64,000 nt of DNA from Candidatus Kapaibacterium sp. (GTDB taxonomy: Bacteria > Bacteroidota > Ignavibacteria > Kapaibacteriales > UBA2268), in assembly GCA_963665665.1 (NCBI GenBank), contig OY762428.1, forward strand, positions 2,752,001 through 2,816,000, in the 5' to 3' direction. How positions within the stretch are numbered: position 1 is the stretch's first letter; each line of letters starts with the position of its first letter. This document shows positions 40,800 through 52,053 of the stretch, piece by piece. The notes below the pieces were generated by a model that made no database searches, was not told the DNA's origin, and saw nothing but the letters and a program-made list of their open reading frames with translations. A program made the position numbers and the translations under genes.

Positions 40800-41146
40800 T
40801 TATATGATATTTATATATTTTCAAAATACAAAGATAAGTCATATATGGCTGATATGCATTTTTAATCGGTGCTTATTAAAAGAAATCCGAAGGCAATATT
40901 CTTTGATGTCCACAATTTTGATATCAATATCATAAATGCTGATTCCCTTCAGGCTTGCAGTATCAATAAGCATAAATGATCTTATTTACAGCCACTTTAT
41001 ATCTGAATCCGGCTGTTAGCCTGCTCCGCCCTAATTATTCTGTTTTGAAAACAGCTAACATATTTTTCTTTTATGCTGAGTATAAAATTTATTCAGGATA
41101 ATGAAATATTTCCATGAACCTTGACACTGCGAAGCAATGTGGTATC

Positions 41147-43741
41147 CTATTCGATTATTAGTTTAATGTAACTAATATTGCCAGCGGCAGTTATTATAGC
41201 TAAATAAGCGCCGGAAGGTAGTTTTATTCCGGAATCTGTTTTTCCGTCCCACGAGAAATTACTTATACCGGAAGTTAAATATCCTTCAAATAATTGACAA
41301 ACAACTCGGCCTTCCAGGTCAATAATTTTAATTTCAGCCCGGGTATCCATGCTGCTATTAACAGATATTTGTGTTTTGCCGTTTGATATCGGATTTGGTG
41401 ATGCAGAAATATTAAGCGAAGGAACAATTTGTTCCTCAGCGACGCTTACTTCCGGATCAAAGAATGTTAGATTGAAATCCCAGATACCGCGCCCATAAGT
41501 TCCAAAGCGGGCAATATTCCTGTCGTCAAGATATTCAACTGTCCAGTATGTTTGGTCCGGTGCAGCCACGCCCGAAAGGTCATACCAGGTATCGGTATGT
41601 TTAATAAAAACATAAGGTCCGATAGAAGTAGCAGCAAATATCATTTCCTCATCTTCAGTCATTGCGATATCATAAACAAGAGTTGATGGCAGGCCGGTAT
41701 TCATTGCAGTGAAAGTTTCTCCACCGTCATTTGTTAACCAAACATTAGCCTGTGTATCTGAATATCCAGCTACAATTACCTTTGTTTCGCTTTCTGCTGA
41801 AACAGCAATTGAAGAACCATAAAAATAATGCCCTTCAAAGTCTTCGAAATCGTGAGATCTCATCCAGCCATCACCAGCGTTTGATGAACTGAAAAAAATT
41901 CCGTCATCCGAGACAACATAGATATAATCAGTATTATTTGGCGATATTCCAATTGAAGCAATTCTTCTGCTAATTGTATCACAAAAGTTATAATCAAATT
42001 TAGTTGCTCTGATGCCGTAATTGTTTTCATAAGACAGAAGCCATAATTTAGCGCCTTCGCTATCGCTGCCGGCTGCGCAAAGAGCCATGTTAGGCAAGCC
42101 GGGAACAGCCAGCGTGTATGGCATCCACATCCAGTTTGTTCCTTCAAAAGACCAAGCACTCGCATCCATATACGTTTCTGCATTCTGAAAATTCATTGCA
42201 AATCCGGGATAAACTGTCCATAGCGTGTGTCCTCCGTCGGAAGAAGTAATATGCCCGTAATCCCCAGTAATTGTCTGGTCGAATGAATAGACTCCGTTCT
42301 CCTCGCCATTGGAACGTTGAAATCCCTGATCCTGCGCTCCGGCATAAACGATATTTGTGTCAGATTTTGAAGACAGAACGCTGTAATACTGGCTGACATT
42401 CAATCCGTTAAGCGAGAGGTTTTTTACCGTCTGAACCTGGTCATAAGAAATGTACAGCCCGCCATCCGTGGAAATTAAAGTAATTTCCTGATTATCATGC
42501 AGGAAAACATCAACAGCAGGGATATCTGCGTGGAGCAGGTTTTCAGGATCGCCATAGTACTCGCCCCAGCCGTTCTTCCTTACCCATCTTCTTGCTCCAT
42601 CCCTTGATGTATAAAATTCTACTCCGCCAAAGTGCATTATATTTATATCTTTGGGCGACACATTGAAACTATTGTTATTAAAAGGCCCGAACTCAACATA
42701 CCACCTCGGATCCCATGTTTTACCGTCATCATCGCTTACATAGAAATAAACATATCTGTCTGTAGATGTCCTGAGGGCTGCAACAAGCCTGACAAATCCG
42801 TCCACAACAGTTCCCTTTAAAAGAATTTTTTGGATTTGATTCATATTTGATGTAGGAAGTTCTATCGATCCCTGGCTTTTCAGGTTAAAACTTCCATCGG
42901 GAGTTATGGTAAAAATACTGTCTTCATGCATAAAAAATACGGAATTATTATAGTATCTCGGAGCCCAGATATCCATACGGTCTGTATTGATATCATAATA
43001 CATTATTTTCTCGAAGGTTTCCCCACGGTTCCGGGAAATATAAACGCTTTTCCTTGCTTTCCATTCATCATAGTCCCATTCGTGAGCCAGCAGATATATT
43101 GTTTCATTGCCATCATTTGCAACTACAGCCCGTTTTACTGAGCCCCATCTTTTCAGGTTGTCAAACCCATCAGCCTCGTTCCATGTGTTTCCTTCGTCAT
43201 CAGAATAAAGGACTGTTCTGTTAGATGAAACCAGGATTCTTTTTTTGCCGTCAAATCTCATTATCCTGATCATGTTGCCTTCAAATTTCTGCCTGTCGTT
43301 CAGGCATTGCCAGTTTCTTCCCTCGATAGTACCCCGCCAAACATTCCCGCCTGCTGATATCGCATATATATAATTGCTTTCAAAATCAATATCGGCAGTC
43401 ATTATTCTTCCTGACTGATTGCTGCTGCCCCTTTCCTGCCAGAAACCTTTTATTCTTCCGTCAGCGATTATTTCTTCATTTCCCATAATTGACGGATGAT
43501 TGTTTTTCAACATTTTTATTCTTTCTTCTCTGGCTTTATTTTTCGAATAACGCTGCTCTGCTTCAAGAATTCTCCAGTCAACGCCGGGAGCTGTGCGATG
43601 CATCTGATCAATCCATTCTATTCTTCCCTGCTTAAGTTCGGGGTCATGTTCCCGTATAAGTTTATTAACTTTGTCATTAGCAAGGACTATGTTAGCCAAG
43701 GTTATCATTATTATCAAAGCTGTAATTATTGTTCTCATCAT
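41147..43741 (-). CDS. Secreted BNR/VPS10-type beta-propeller (glycosyl hydrolase-like) with T9SS/FlgD-Ig CTD
   Basis: Multiple SxDxGxTW Asp-boxes; GAQDQG; GTYGRGIW; WDGKTDSG...SGAY. Confidence 0.85.
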   Translation of the reverse strand: MMRTIITALIIMITLANIVLANDKVNKLIREHDPELKQGRIEWIDQMHRTAPGVDWRILEAEQRYSKNKAREERIKMLKNNHPSIMGNEEIIADGRIKGFWQERGSSNQSGRIMTADIDFESNYIYAISAGGNVWRGTIEGRNWQCLNDRQKFEGNMIRIMRFDGKKRILVSSNRTVLYSDDEGNTWNEADGFDNLKRWGSVKRAVVANDGNETIYLLAHEWDYDEWKARKSVYISRNRGETFEKIMYYDINTDRMDIWAPRYYNNSVFFMHEDSIFTITPDGSFNLKSQGSIELPTSNMNQIQKILLKGTVVDGFVRLVAALRTSTDRYVYFYVSDDDGKTWDPRWYVEFGPFNNNSFNVSPKDINIMHFGGVEFYTSRDGARRWVRKNGWGEYYGDPENLLHADIPAVDVFLHDNQEITLISTDGGLYISYDQVQTVKNLSLNGLNVSQYYSVLSSKSDTNIVYAGAQDQGFQRSNGEENGVYSFDQTITGDYGHITSSDGGHTLWTVYPGFAMNFQNAETYMDASAWSFEGTNWMWMPYTLAVPGLPNMALCAAGSDSEGAKLWLLSYENNYGIRATKFDYNFCDTISRRIASIGISPNNTDYIYVVSDDGIFFSSSNAGDGWMRSHDFEDFEGHYFYGSSIAVSAESETKVIVAGYSDTQANVWLTNDGGETFTAMNTGLPSTLVYDIAMTEDEEMIFAATSIGPYVFIKHTDTWYDLSGVAAPDQTYWTVEYLDDRNIARFGTYGRGIWDFNLTFFDPEVSVAEEQIVPSLNISASPNPISNGKTQISVNSSMDTRAEIKIIDLEGRVVCQLFEGYLTSGISNFSWDGKTDSGIKLPSGAYLAIITAAGNISYIKLIIE

Positions 43742-43832
43742 ATGTCCTTTATTTAAGCAATTATATCTGTCATCAATTATAATAACATATCAAAATAAAT
43801 AATGTTGCGGAATAAATAAAGTGTTTTCAAAA

Positions 43833-43860
43833 AAAAAGGTGCGGATAACCGCACCTTTTT
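43833..43860 (-). terminator. Intrinsic (bidirectional) terminator
   Basis: AAAAAGGTGCGG-ATAA-CCGCACCTTTTT. Confidence 0.8.
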
Positions 43861-43881
43861 AATCAAAATTGTTCAAGCATA

Positions 43882-46722
43882 TTAGTTCTTCATATCTTCA
43901 GGATAAAGAACAATTTTAATAATATCATTAAGTTTGATATATTTCTTAGCAGCTTTAAGAACCATTTTTGTATCGATTTTTTCAACAGCTTTCATGTAAT
44001 CTACTATGGATTCAATTTTTTCATTATTGAAATCTTTGTTGTAGATAGAGTTCAGCCAGTACCTGTTTTCTTTCTGTCCTGTTTCATATTCTCTGCCAAG
44101 GATTTCTTTGATTTTCTGAATATATTCAGCATCAACTTCTTTTTCGGTTGCTTCCTTCAGGATGCGTTTGATTTCTGTTACCAGTTCGTCAACGCGGTCG
44201 GGGTTTGTACTGAAGTATACGCTTAGTGAGTAATCTTCATTCGGGTAGTGGCTTGTACCTTCGTAAACGCCAATTCCGTAAACTCCGCCTTTTTCCTCGC
44301 GGATAGCTTCGCGAAGCTGAATTCTTAGTACTTCAACCAGTGCGTGAAGTTCCATTTTGTTTTCAGGTGTATATTTAAAGTCATCCCTCATAGTCAGGTA
44401 AACAGTACTTTTCTTTTCCTGTCCCTTGAAAACTTTTTTCTCAAGTTTGTTTTTAGGAGCTTTTACGCCAAGGTCTTTCCAGTTTTCTTTACGTCCGGTT
44501 GTCGGTAAAGTAGCAAGATATTTTTTAGCAAAATCTTTAAGCTGTTTTTCATCAATATTACCAACAAAGATGAATGTGAAGTCGCCGGCATCTGCATACC
44601 TGTTCCTGAAGAAATCATAAGCATCATCCGGGTCAACATTTTCCAGCATATCGGCTGTAAGCGGCCTTTCGCGTTTATGATAGTTGGACATAGTAACGCG
44701 GATTGTATCACGAAGAGCATTCTGGGGATCTTTATCCCTGTTTTTCAGAGCGTCTTTCTGCTTTGAAATAAAGCTGTCGAATGCATCATAGTCAAGCCTT
44801 GGGTTTGTGAAATACAGGTGTACAAGCTGCATCAGGATTTCGAAATCCTTAGGAGCTGCCATACCCCTGAAACCTTCAGTAAGTTCACCAATTGACGGTG
44901 CAATGCTGACAAGTTTGCCTGTAAGCATTTTCTGAAGTTCAATATCAGTGAAGTCTGCGATACCTGCATTATTCAGAATAGCATCTGCAAATTCAGCTGA
45001 CAGATAAATATCATCAGTAGCATTTGAGTATCCGCCCGGGCTGTATGCGCGAACAAGTATCTCGTCATTTTTAAAATCTGTTGTTTTGTAAATAACCCTT
45101 ACACCGTTGGAAAGAGTAAATTCTTTTACGTCGGCTTTGTCATATTTTTTCTCTGAAGTGATAGTGCCGGGAGTAAGTTCTTTATCAAAGAGAGGTTTGT
45201 CGGATACTTTATCAACATAAGGTTCAAGCTTCATAGCTTTAACTTCGTCGATTTTTGCAAGAATTTCATCTTCTTTAGGAACAACAATACCTTCAGCTTC
45301 GGGTGCGCTGACAGCTACAACAACACCTTCATCTTTGATATAAGACTTCATTACTTTATTAACTTCATCAATTGTTATTTCCGGAAGGAATTTTTTATAA
45401 AGGGCAACTTCATAAGCTATACCGGGCATACCTTCATCTTCGATAAAGTTGCGTCCGCATTCCATGGCATAAGCTTTTGATTCAGTTTTATCTTTTTCTT
45501 TAAGAGCGCTTTCCATATTGGTCAGCATTGCTTCTTTTGTTCTGTCAAGTTCAGTTTTGGTAAATCCGTGCTGATAGGCTCTGTAGGCCTCTTTAAGTGC
45601 TGCTTCGAAACCGTTAATAATACCGTTTCCTTCAGCTTTAGGAATTGATACAAGCGAGAATGATGCAATATCGCCAAGGAAGTTGCCAAATCCGCCGCCG
45701 GCAGCCAGGAATGGTGGTTCTTTTGATTGTGAAAGTTCCTGCATTCTCATGCTGAGCATCTGGCCGATTATCCTGTGAACAATGTTATCCCTGTATGTTC
45801 TGTATGTTCCTTCATCCATTCCCGGGTGCTTTATGTACATCTGAACCTGGGCCATTGGAAGTTCTTTATCTGTTGCAATAGAAACTATTCTTTCTTTGTG
45901 GATCGGAATTTTATATTCCTTGCGTTCTTTTGCATTTGCCGGGTTTTTCAGTTTTGAAAAACGTTCTTTGATAATTTTTTCGATTTTCTTTCCGTCAAAA
46001 TCACCAACTGCAATAACAGCTGTCAGGTTCGGGCGGTAAAAGTTAGTGTAAAGGTCCATAAATCTTTCACGTGGAGCATGAAGAATAACGGCAGTATCAC
46101 CAATAGGAAGGCGATCGGCATATTTTGAACCCTTAAGGAGGTTCGGGAAGTGTGTTTTCATTACTCGCTGGTTGGCTCCGCGATAAACTCTCCATTCTTC
46201 CATAATAACGCCGCGTTCTTTTTCAATTTCTTCCGGGTCGAAAGAAACATTAGAAGCCCAGTCTTCCAGCACCTGGAAACCGTTTTCGAGCATACCTGCT
46301 GAATCCAGTGGTATAGTAAGCATATAATAAGTACGGTCGAAACCTGTATTGGCGTTTACATCTGCGCCAAATCTCATACCTGTTTTTTCAAGGAAGCTAA
46401 CAAGCTCTGCTTTGGGGAAGTTTTTTGTTCCGTTAAAGCACATGTGCTCGGAAAAGTGTGCCAATCCTGCCTGGTCATCTTCCTCGAGAACTGAACCGCA
46501 CATGAATACTATCTGTAATTCTGCCCTGTTGGCAGGTTTATGGTTTTCCATAATGTAATATTTCAAACCGTTATCCAAAGTGCCGTGTTTTACTTCCGGG
46601 TTCATAGGAAGTTTATCATCAAGGCTGCTGTACTTAACTTCAGGCAATTTTACATCATCAGCAATCGCGTTAAAGCTGAAGAGTACTATTGCCATTAAGA
46701 AGATTGATAGGAACTTTTTCAT
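43882..46722 (-). CDS. M16 family zinc protease (PqqL-like)
   Basis: GLAHFSEHMCFNGT (HxxEH), LDNGLKYYI, REEKGGVY; 946 aa. Confidence 0.93.
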   Translation of the reverse strand: MKKFLSIFLMAIVLFSFNAIADDVKLPEVKYSSLDDKLPMNPEVKHGTLDNGLKYYIMENHKPANRAELQIVFMCGSVLEEDDQAGLAHFSEHMCFNGTKNFPKAELVSFLEKTGMRFGADVNANTGFDRTYYMLTIPLDSAGMLENGFQVLEDWASNVSFDPEEIEKERGVIMEEWRVYRGANQRVMKTHFPNLLKGSKYADRLPIGDTAVILHAPRERFMDLYTNFYRPNLTAVIAVGDFDGKKIEKIIKERFSKLKNPANAKERKEYKIPIHKERIVSIATDKELPMAQVQMYIKHPGMDEGTYRTYRDNIVHRIIGQMLSMRMQELSQSKEPPFLAAGGGFGNFLGDIASFSLVSIPKAEGNGIINGFEAALKEAYRAYQHGFTKTELDRTKEAMLTNMESALKEKDKTESKAYAMECGRNFIEDEGMPGIAYEVALYKKFLPEITIDEVNKVMKSYIKDEGVVVAVSAPEAEGIVVPKEDEILAKIDEVKAMKLEPYVDKVSDKPLFDKELTPGTITSEKKYDKADVKEFTLSNGVRVIYKTTDFKNDEILVRAYSPGGYSNATDDIYLSAEFADAILNNAGIADFTDIELQKMLTGKLVSIAPSIGELTEGFRGMAAPKDFEILMQLVHLYFTNPRLDYDAFDSFISKQKDALKNRDKDPQNALRDTIRVTMSNYHKRERPLTADMLENVDPDDAYDFFRNRYADAGDFTFIFVGNIDEKQLKDFAKKYLATLPTTGRKENWKDLGVKAPKNKLEKKVFKGQEKKSTVYLTMRDDFKYTPENKMELHALVEVLRIQLREAIREEKGGVYGIGVYEGTSHYPNEDYSLSVYFSTNPDRVDELVTEIKRILKEATEKEVDAEYIQKIKEILGREYETGQKENRYWLNSIYNKDFNNEKIESIVDYMKAVEKIDTKMVLKAAKKYIKLNDIIKIVLYPEDMKN

Positions 46723-47131
46723 GATAATCCTTATAAATTATTGTGATAATAATGTTTACGTCAATATATCCAATATTGTCAATTTATTCTCAATACAAGA
46801 ACATTCAAATTAAAAAATTATTCTTAAAGTTAAAACTGCAAATGCAGTAATATTCAATTTTCGGAGTGTAATGAATTTGCGGCTTTTGGCCAATACAACG
46901 ATTCTCGTTTTCAAATCCCGGCTTTATATACTCCAATTGTAATATACGTTCATGAGGAAAAAAAGTTTCGTAAAATATTCGCCAAAACTAAAAAAAAATT
47001 TATGCTGAAGGATTGTGTAACTCCGGCGTGCCTGTGTCGTATTAAAAAACGAAAGGGCTTTAATATTAGAATTATTCACAATTGCTTAATATATTTGTAA
47101 TTAGTTGTTATATATTAATTTTGGAGACACC

Positions 47132-49087
47132 ATGATCAAAGTTTTTAACAAGTTCACTATTTTTATTATTCTTATAGTAATTTCTGTTGGTGCGGTTTCT
47201 GCCCAGGGCCCCGGTTCATACAATGAAACAATTCAATTCAACGGCGAGGACAGAACAATATCAATGTATGTACCACTGGATTATGATTTTAACGAAGAAT
47301 ATGGCCTTATGGTATGTCTGCACGGTTTGGGAGACAATAGTTCCAATTTCAGAAACGCAATTGTAACTTACCTGAAATGGGACAGTTTTATGCCGAATAT
47401 GATATTTGCCTGCCCGGATGGCGGCAGCGATGAAGGAGGGGACTTTTACGAACCTGCCGGAGATGAGGAAATAATCCAAAGAACAATTGATCTTGTAAAA
47501 AGCAGGTACAATATTGACGAGGACAAAATTATTCTTGAAGGTTTTTCTCTTGGCGGAAGAAGCGCCCTGAAATACGGGCTTGAAAACCCGGAAAAATTTA
47601 TGGGTATGATGTTGAACACACCTGCCGTTCAGGGTGCATGGGATGCTATGAATGTTGATGATTACAGTATACAGTTTAAATATGAAAATGCCAATAAAAT
47701 TCCAATAACATTTTCTTATGGGGAGAATGACCTGATTTATACTAACGCAATTCAGCTTGCTATCGACAGCCTGAATAAATACGACGGGATTATATATGAT
47801 GAGCTTGTTCCTGATATGGGCCATACAATTGCAAACCAGCCATATATCGAGAAATATTACGAGTTTATTAATAATCCTTCCCCGCAGGAATATGATGCTG
47901 AAGTGCATTCCATTAATATTCCGGACCCGATGGCTTCTGTTGATTTTAATCCTTCGGTTACTTTCAGGAATCTTGGCAGGAAAAAGATTGATACTATCCA
48001 TTATACTTGCGAGTATAACGGGAACCAGCAAGCTTTTATCAGTTACGTGGAACTGGATACATGGAAAAAAATTGAGCTTAAATTACCCCAATACAGCATA
48101 ACTGCCCCGGAAAATGAAATTGAGATAGCAATAACCGGAATCAGATTAGATTCAACTGAAGAAATTCCGGACGGAATAATTGATGACGGCAATAATTTTA
48201 ACAATGAAATAGTCCTCAATTTCTATTATCCACTGGATGGATTTCAAACACCTGACCTTCAGGATTTCGAAACGGAGAATCCCGTGAATGATTTCTGGTC
48301 GACTAAGAAATCAGGTAATATATTTAACTGGTTTGTTGATCCGGGTGTTTCCAGGAGCGGAGAAAAATCTATGTTCTCGTTCAATACTCCCCAGCTTTTC
48401 CCCGGCGAAGGAATGAGAGAATCGATTATTTCCCCGAGATATAATATTAAAAATCTTAGCGAACCTGAGCTCTCATTTGATGTGGCTTTCAATTATCAAA
48501 AATATACACCTCCGTACTCAACCGAAGATATTACATTTTCCGATACTCTTGAAGTATTAGTTTCTACCGACCGGGGCATTACATTCCGTCCGGTCTATAG
48601 AAAAGCAGGAGCAGAACTTGCCACGGCAGATGAACCAATACTAAACCCTGTTAATAACATAAGTGACGGTTTCTTTATTCCGGAAAGTAATCAGTGGAGG
48701 CGCGACAGGATCGATCTTTCGCAATTTAAGAGCTTTGATCAGATAGTGGTAAAATTTGATTATATCTGCGGCCTTGGCGGTTCAATAAATATCGACGATA
48801 TTGCCATTGCCGAGAAAGGCTTTACTGATGTGCCTGATCTGTCTCCCACCGGGAAAATCTCTGTAAGACCTAATCCTGCTGACAACATAGCCATTATCAG
48901 CACTGCGGGTGGTTTCAATTATAATGATATAACAATTTATGATGCTCTTGGAAATATAGTTGAAATTGTTAATAATCCCAATAGCTTTGTTGAACTAAAT
49001 GTCAGCAACTACGCACCGGGAATGTATTTCATACATATCAGGGAACAAAACGAAGTAATAGTTCAAAAGCTGGTTATCAGGAGGTAA
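47132..49087 (+). CDS. Secreted esterase/alpha-beta hydrolase with T9SS CTD
   Basis: LHGLGD, GFSLGG, MGH; C-terminal VRPNPA...PGMYFI...KLVIRR; TATATTTG at 47090. Confidence 0.8.
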   Translation: MIKVFNKFTIFIILIVISVGAVSAQGPGSYNETIQFNGEDRTISMYVPLDYDFNEEYGLMVCLHGLGDNSSNFRNAIVTYLKWDSFMPNMIFACPDGGSDEGGDFYEPAGDEEIIQRTIDLVKSRYNIDEDKIILEGFSLGGRSALKYGLENPEKFMGMMLNTPAVQGAWDAMNVDDYSIQFKYENANKIPITFSYGENDLIYTNAIQLAIDSLNKYDGIIYDELVPDMGHTIANQPYIEKYYEFINNPSPQEYDAEVHSINIPDPMASVDFNPSVTFRNLGRKKIDTIHYTCEYNGNQQAFISYVELDTWKKIELKLPQYSITAPENEIEIAITGIRLDSTEEIPDGIIDDGNNFNNEIVLNFYYPLDGFQTPDLQDFETENPVNDFWSTKKSGNIFNWFVDPGVSRSGEKSMFSFNTPQLFPGEGMRESIISPRYNIKNLSEPELSFDVAFNYQKYTPPYSTEDITFSDTLEVLVSTDRGITFRPVYRKAGAELATADEPILNPVNNISDGFFIPESNQWRRDRIDLSQFKSFDQIVVKFDYICGLGGSINIDDIAIAEKGFTDVPDLSPTGKISVRPNPADNIAIISTAGGFNYNDITIYDALGNIVEIVNNPNSFVELNVSNYAPGMYFIHIREQNEVIVQKLVIRR

Positions 49088-49137
49088 GGATTCCGGTTAG
49101 TACTGTAATTTATGCATCTTCAGTTTAAGATAATAAA

Positions 49138-49170
49138 ACCTTCCGAAGGACCCGAAAACTTCGGAAGGTA
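49138..49170. repeat. REP-like hairpin ACCTTCCGAAG-GACCCGAAAA-CTTCGGAAGGT
   Basis: 11-bp perfect inverted repeat after the stop codon. Confidence 0.6.
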
Positions 49171-49475
49171 AACTAATTTTATTTGAATATCCGGGCCCAG
49201 AAAACAAATAAAAATAAGGTATGATTTTACTGTAAATTAGAAATTTTAAAATTTTTGGACCGGTCAGACATGATAATATTATAATGTTCAGATCTATTGA
49301 TATGGTAAAATTATTGATAAATATGACATATTAATATATAGAGTTGATCAAATAATTTATTGTTTTTTAGTTTATGGGTTAGGAGTTATTACTTAAAAAA
49401 TTAAAAAATTCTTGTTTTATTCATCCAAAGCAGATAATTTTTGTTTTTCGATTTATGCAATTTTATGGAGTTATC

Positions 49476-51557
49476 ATGCTTAAATATTTCACAGTCCTGG
49501 CAGCGGGAATAATCCTTCTTTTCTCGTGCGAGAAAATTCAACAACAGGGGGGAAGCGATTCCGCAGAGGATAATAATTCGGAGGCCGCAACAATGCTTAC
49601 TATCGATAATACAACTGCTGATAATGTAATTAATAAATTGATCGGTAAATACGGTGAAAACAAACGCTTCAGGATAGAAAGAGGCGTTAGGCAGTGTGCT
49701 TCACTTTGGCGCGATACTGACGGAAATGCAGAAGAATTTGCAGGTTTCTGCGAGAAGAACTTTATTGCTGATGAAAAAGAACTCGATATTTTCTTTGATA
49801 AAATTCAGACAAATTATGAGATTATCCAGGGCTATCTCGGGAAAATGAACCTTGAGCTGAACCAGCCTGTTCAGCTTACCGGTTATGAACTCAGGGATAT
49901 TGACCTTATGTTCGGCGCCTGGAATCCATGGGCACATCTTGAAGATGATTTCTATGCAAATAAAATTGCCTTTGCCATAGCTCTGAATTTCCCTCATTAT
50001 TCATTATCGGAGAAAATGCAGGAAGCACCGGAGTGGTCACGAAAAGACTGGGCTTATGCCCGTGCCGGCGACCTGTTCACATCAAGAGTTCCCGCTGAAG
50101 CACAGCAGAGACTTTCCCGGGTAATGGCCGATGCCGATCATTATATTAGCAATTATAATATTCATGTAGGCTATCTTGTTGATGATGCAGGAAATACATT
50201 TTTCCCGAAAGACAAGAAGCTTATTACCCATTGGAACCTCCGTGATGAGCTTAAATCCCAGTATGCCGAATCTGACGGCCTTGAAAAACAGAAAATGATA
50301 TATGAAGTAATGAAACATATCATCAATCAGACAATTCCTGAAAAAGTAATTGACAGTGATGAATACACCTGGAATCCATACACCAACGAAGTTAAAGAGA
50401 ACGGCAAAGTTGTCGGCTCCGATCCGGAACCCAATACGCGTTACCTCCAACTGCTTAATAATTTCCATGCCTGCCGCGAGATTGATAAATACAATCCGGC
50501 AATGCCGACTTATATCCAGAGGAAATTTGACGGTGAAATGGAAATACCGGTTGATGAAGTGGAAGAACTTTTTATAAGAATACTATCTTCACCGGCCGTT
50601 CAGGAAGTTGGCGAACTAATCAAAAAACGCCTTGGGCGCGACCTTCAGCCATTCGATATTTGGTACGATGGTTTCAAGGCCCGTTCTTCCATATCAGAAT
50701 CGGAATTAAGCGCAAAAACAAAAGCCAAATACCCCAACCCGGAAGCATTGAAAAAAGACCTTCCGGAAATCCTGAAAAAACTTGGTTTTGTACCATCAAG
50801 GGCTGATTACATTGCTTCAAAAATTGTTGTTGATCCGTCAAGGGGAGCAGGCCACGCTTCCGGTGCTTCAATGAAAAGGGATGTTTCCCACCTGCGCACC
50901 AGGATTGGCGAAGACGGAATGGATTACAAAGGATATAATATAGCAGTGCACGAATTTGGGCACAATGTGGAACAGACTCTCTCGATGCAGGATGTAGATA
51001 ATTTCTTCATGAGCGGTGTGCCGAACACGGCTTTTACCGAAGCATGGGCTTTCATCTTCCAGAAAAGAGACCTTGAACTTCTTGGCATGAAGGAAACCAA
51101 CCCTGATAAAAAATATCTTGATATACTGGATAATTTCTGGGGTGCATACGAGATAATGGGTGTATCTCTGGTTGATATCCGCGTGTGGAAATGGCTGTAT
51201 GAAAATCCTGATGCAACAGTTGATGAGCTGAAGGAATCAGTTATAAGGATTGCAAAGGATGTATGGAATGAATTCTATGCCCCGGTATTTGGCATTGAAG
51301 ACCAGCCTGTACTAGCTGTTTATTCGCACATGATAGAAATTCCTCTTTACCTGTCGGCATACCCTATTGGCAACCTTATTGAATTCCAGGTTGAAAAATG
51401 GGTTGAAGGAAAGAACCTTGCAGATGAAATGCAGCGCATCCTTGTTCAGGGAAGGGTACTTCCGCAGGTATGGATGCAAAATGCAGTTGGCGAGCCGCTA
51501 TCGGCTGAACCAATTATTGAAGCTGCAAGCCAGGCGGCACAGCATTTGAATAAATAG
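49476..51557 (+). CDS. Lipoprotein zinc metallopeptidase (M3/gluzincin-like)
   Basis: LFSC lipobox; AVHEFGHNVE (HExxH) with downstream AFTEA. Confidence 0.75.
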   Translation: MLKYFTVLAAGIILLFSCEKIQQQGGSDSAEDNNSEAATMLTIDNTTADNVINKLIGKYGENKRFRIERGVRQCASLWRDTDGNAEEFAGFCEKNFIADEKELDIFFDKIQTNYEIIQGYLGKMNLELNQPVQLTGYELRDIDLMFGAWNPWAHLEDDFYANKIAFAIALNFPHYSLSEKMQEAPEWSRKDWAYARAGDLFTSRVPAEAQQRLSRVMADADHYISNYNIHVGYLVDDAGNTFFPKDKKLITHWNLRDELKSQYAESDGLEKQKMIYEVMKHIINQTIPEKVIDSDEYTWNPYTNEVKENGKVVGSDPEPNTRYLQLLNNFHACREIDKYNPAMPTYIQRKFDGEMEIPVDEVEELFIRILSSPAVQEVGELIKKRLGRDLQPFDIWYDGFKARSSISESELSAKTKAKYPNPEALKKDLPEILKKLGFVPSRADYIASKIVVDPSRGAGHASGASMKRDVSHLRTRIGEDGMDYKGYNIAVHEFGHNVEQTLSMQDVDNFFMSGVPNTAFTEAWAFIFQKRDLELLGMKETNPDKKYLDILDNFWGAYEIMGVSLVDIRVWKWLYENPDATVDELKESVIRIAKDVWNEFYAPVFGIEDQPVLAVYSHMIEIPLYLSAYPIGNLIEFQVEKWVEGKNLADEMQRILVQGRVLPQVWMQNAVGEPLSAEPIIEAASQAAQHLNK

Positions 51558-51626
51558 TTAAGCTGTACTGGCAAACGAGGGATAATTACCTTTGATAAAG
51601 CCCGGCGAAAATTCCATTCTTTATCC

Positions 51627-51658
51627 ACCTTCCCGGGTTACGCCCGGGAAGGTTTTCT
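51627..51658 (+). terminator. Intrinsic terminator
   Basis: ACCTTCCCGGG-TTACG-CCCGGGAAGGT followed by TTTCT. Confidence 0.7.
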
Positions 51659-52053
51659 GTTTAAAAAGCAATCATTTTTCCCCGTCAGCGTATACCTGAT
51701 GTTTTTATAGGGCTTTCTAATTATGACATCACATTCCTGCCCTCGTCAAAATCAATATCCACGTGCTTTAGCTCGTGGATAAAAATACAATGTCCCAACC
51801 AAAAAATGTCATTCTGAAGGAGCTTGCGACTGAAAAATCCATATTCCTAACCCTCCTGCCCGATAACTTAACCCACAGCAACAGCAACGATACAGGAACA
51901 AGAAACATTTGCGGGAATAATAAAGATTGATTAAGTTCCGGTAATCAATAACAATGCGAAAAAGTTTGAGACCAAATTGAATTTGATATGTTACTATGAA
52001 TACAAAAACTACCCCTTATGGTAGTAATGTAAAAACAATTATGGGGCTTTACC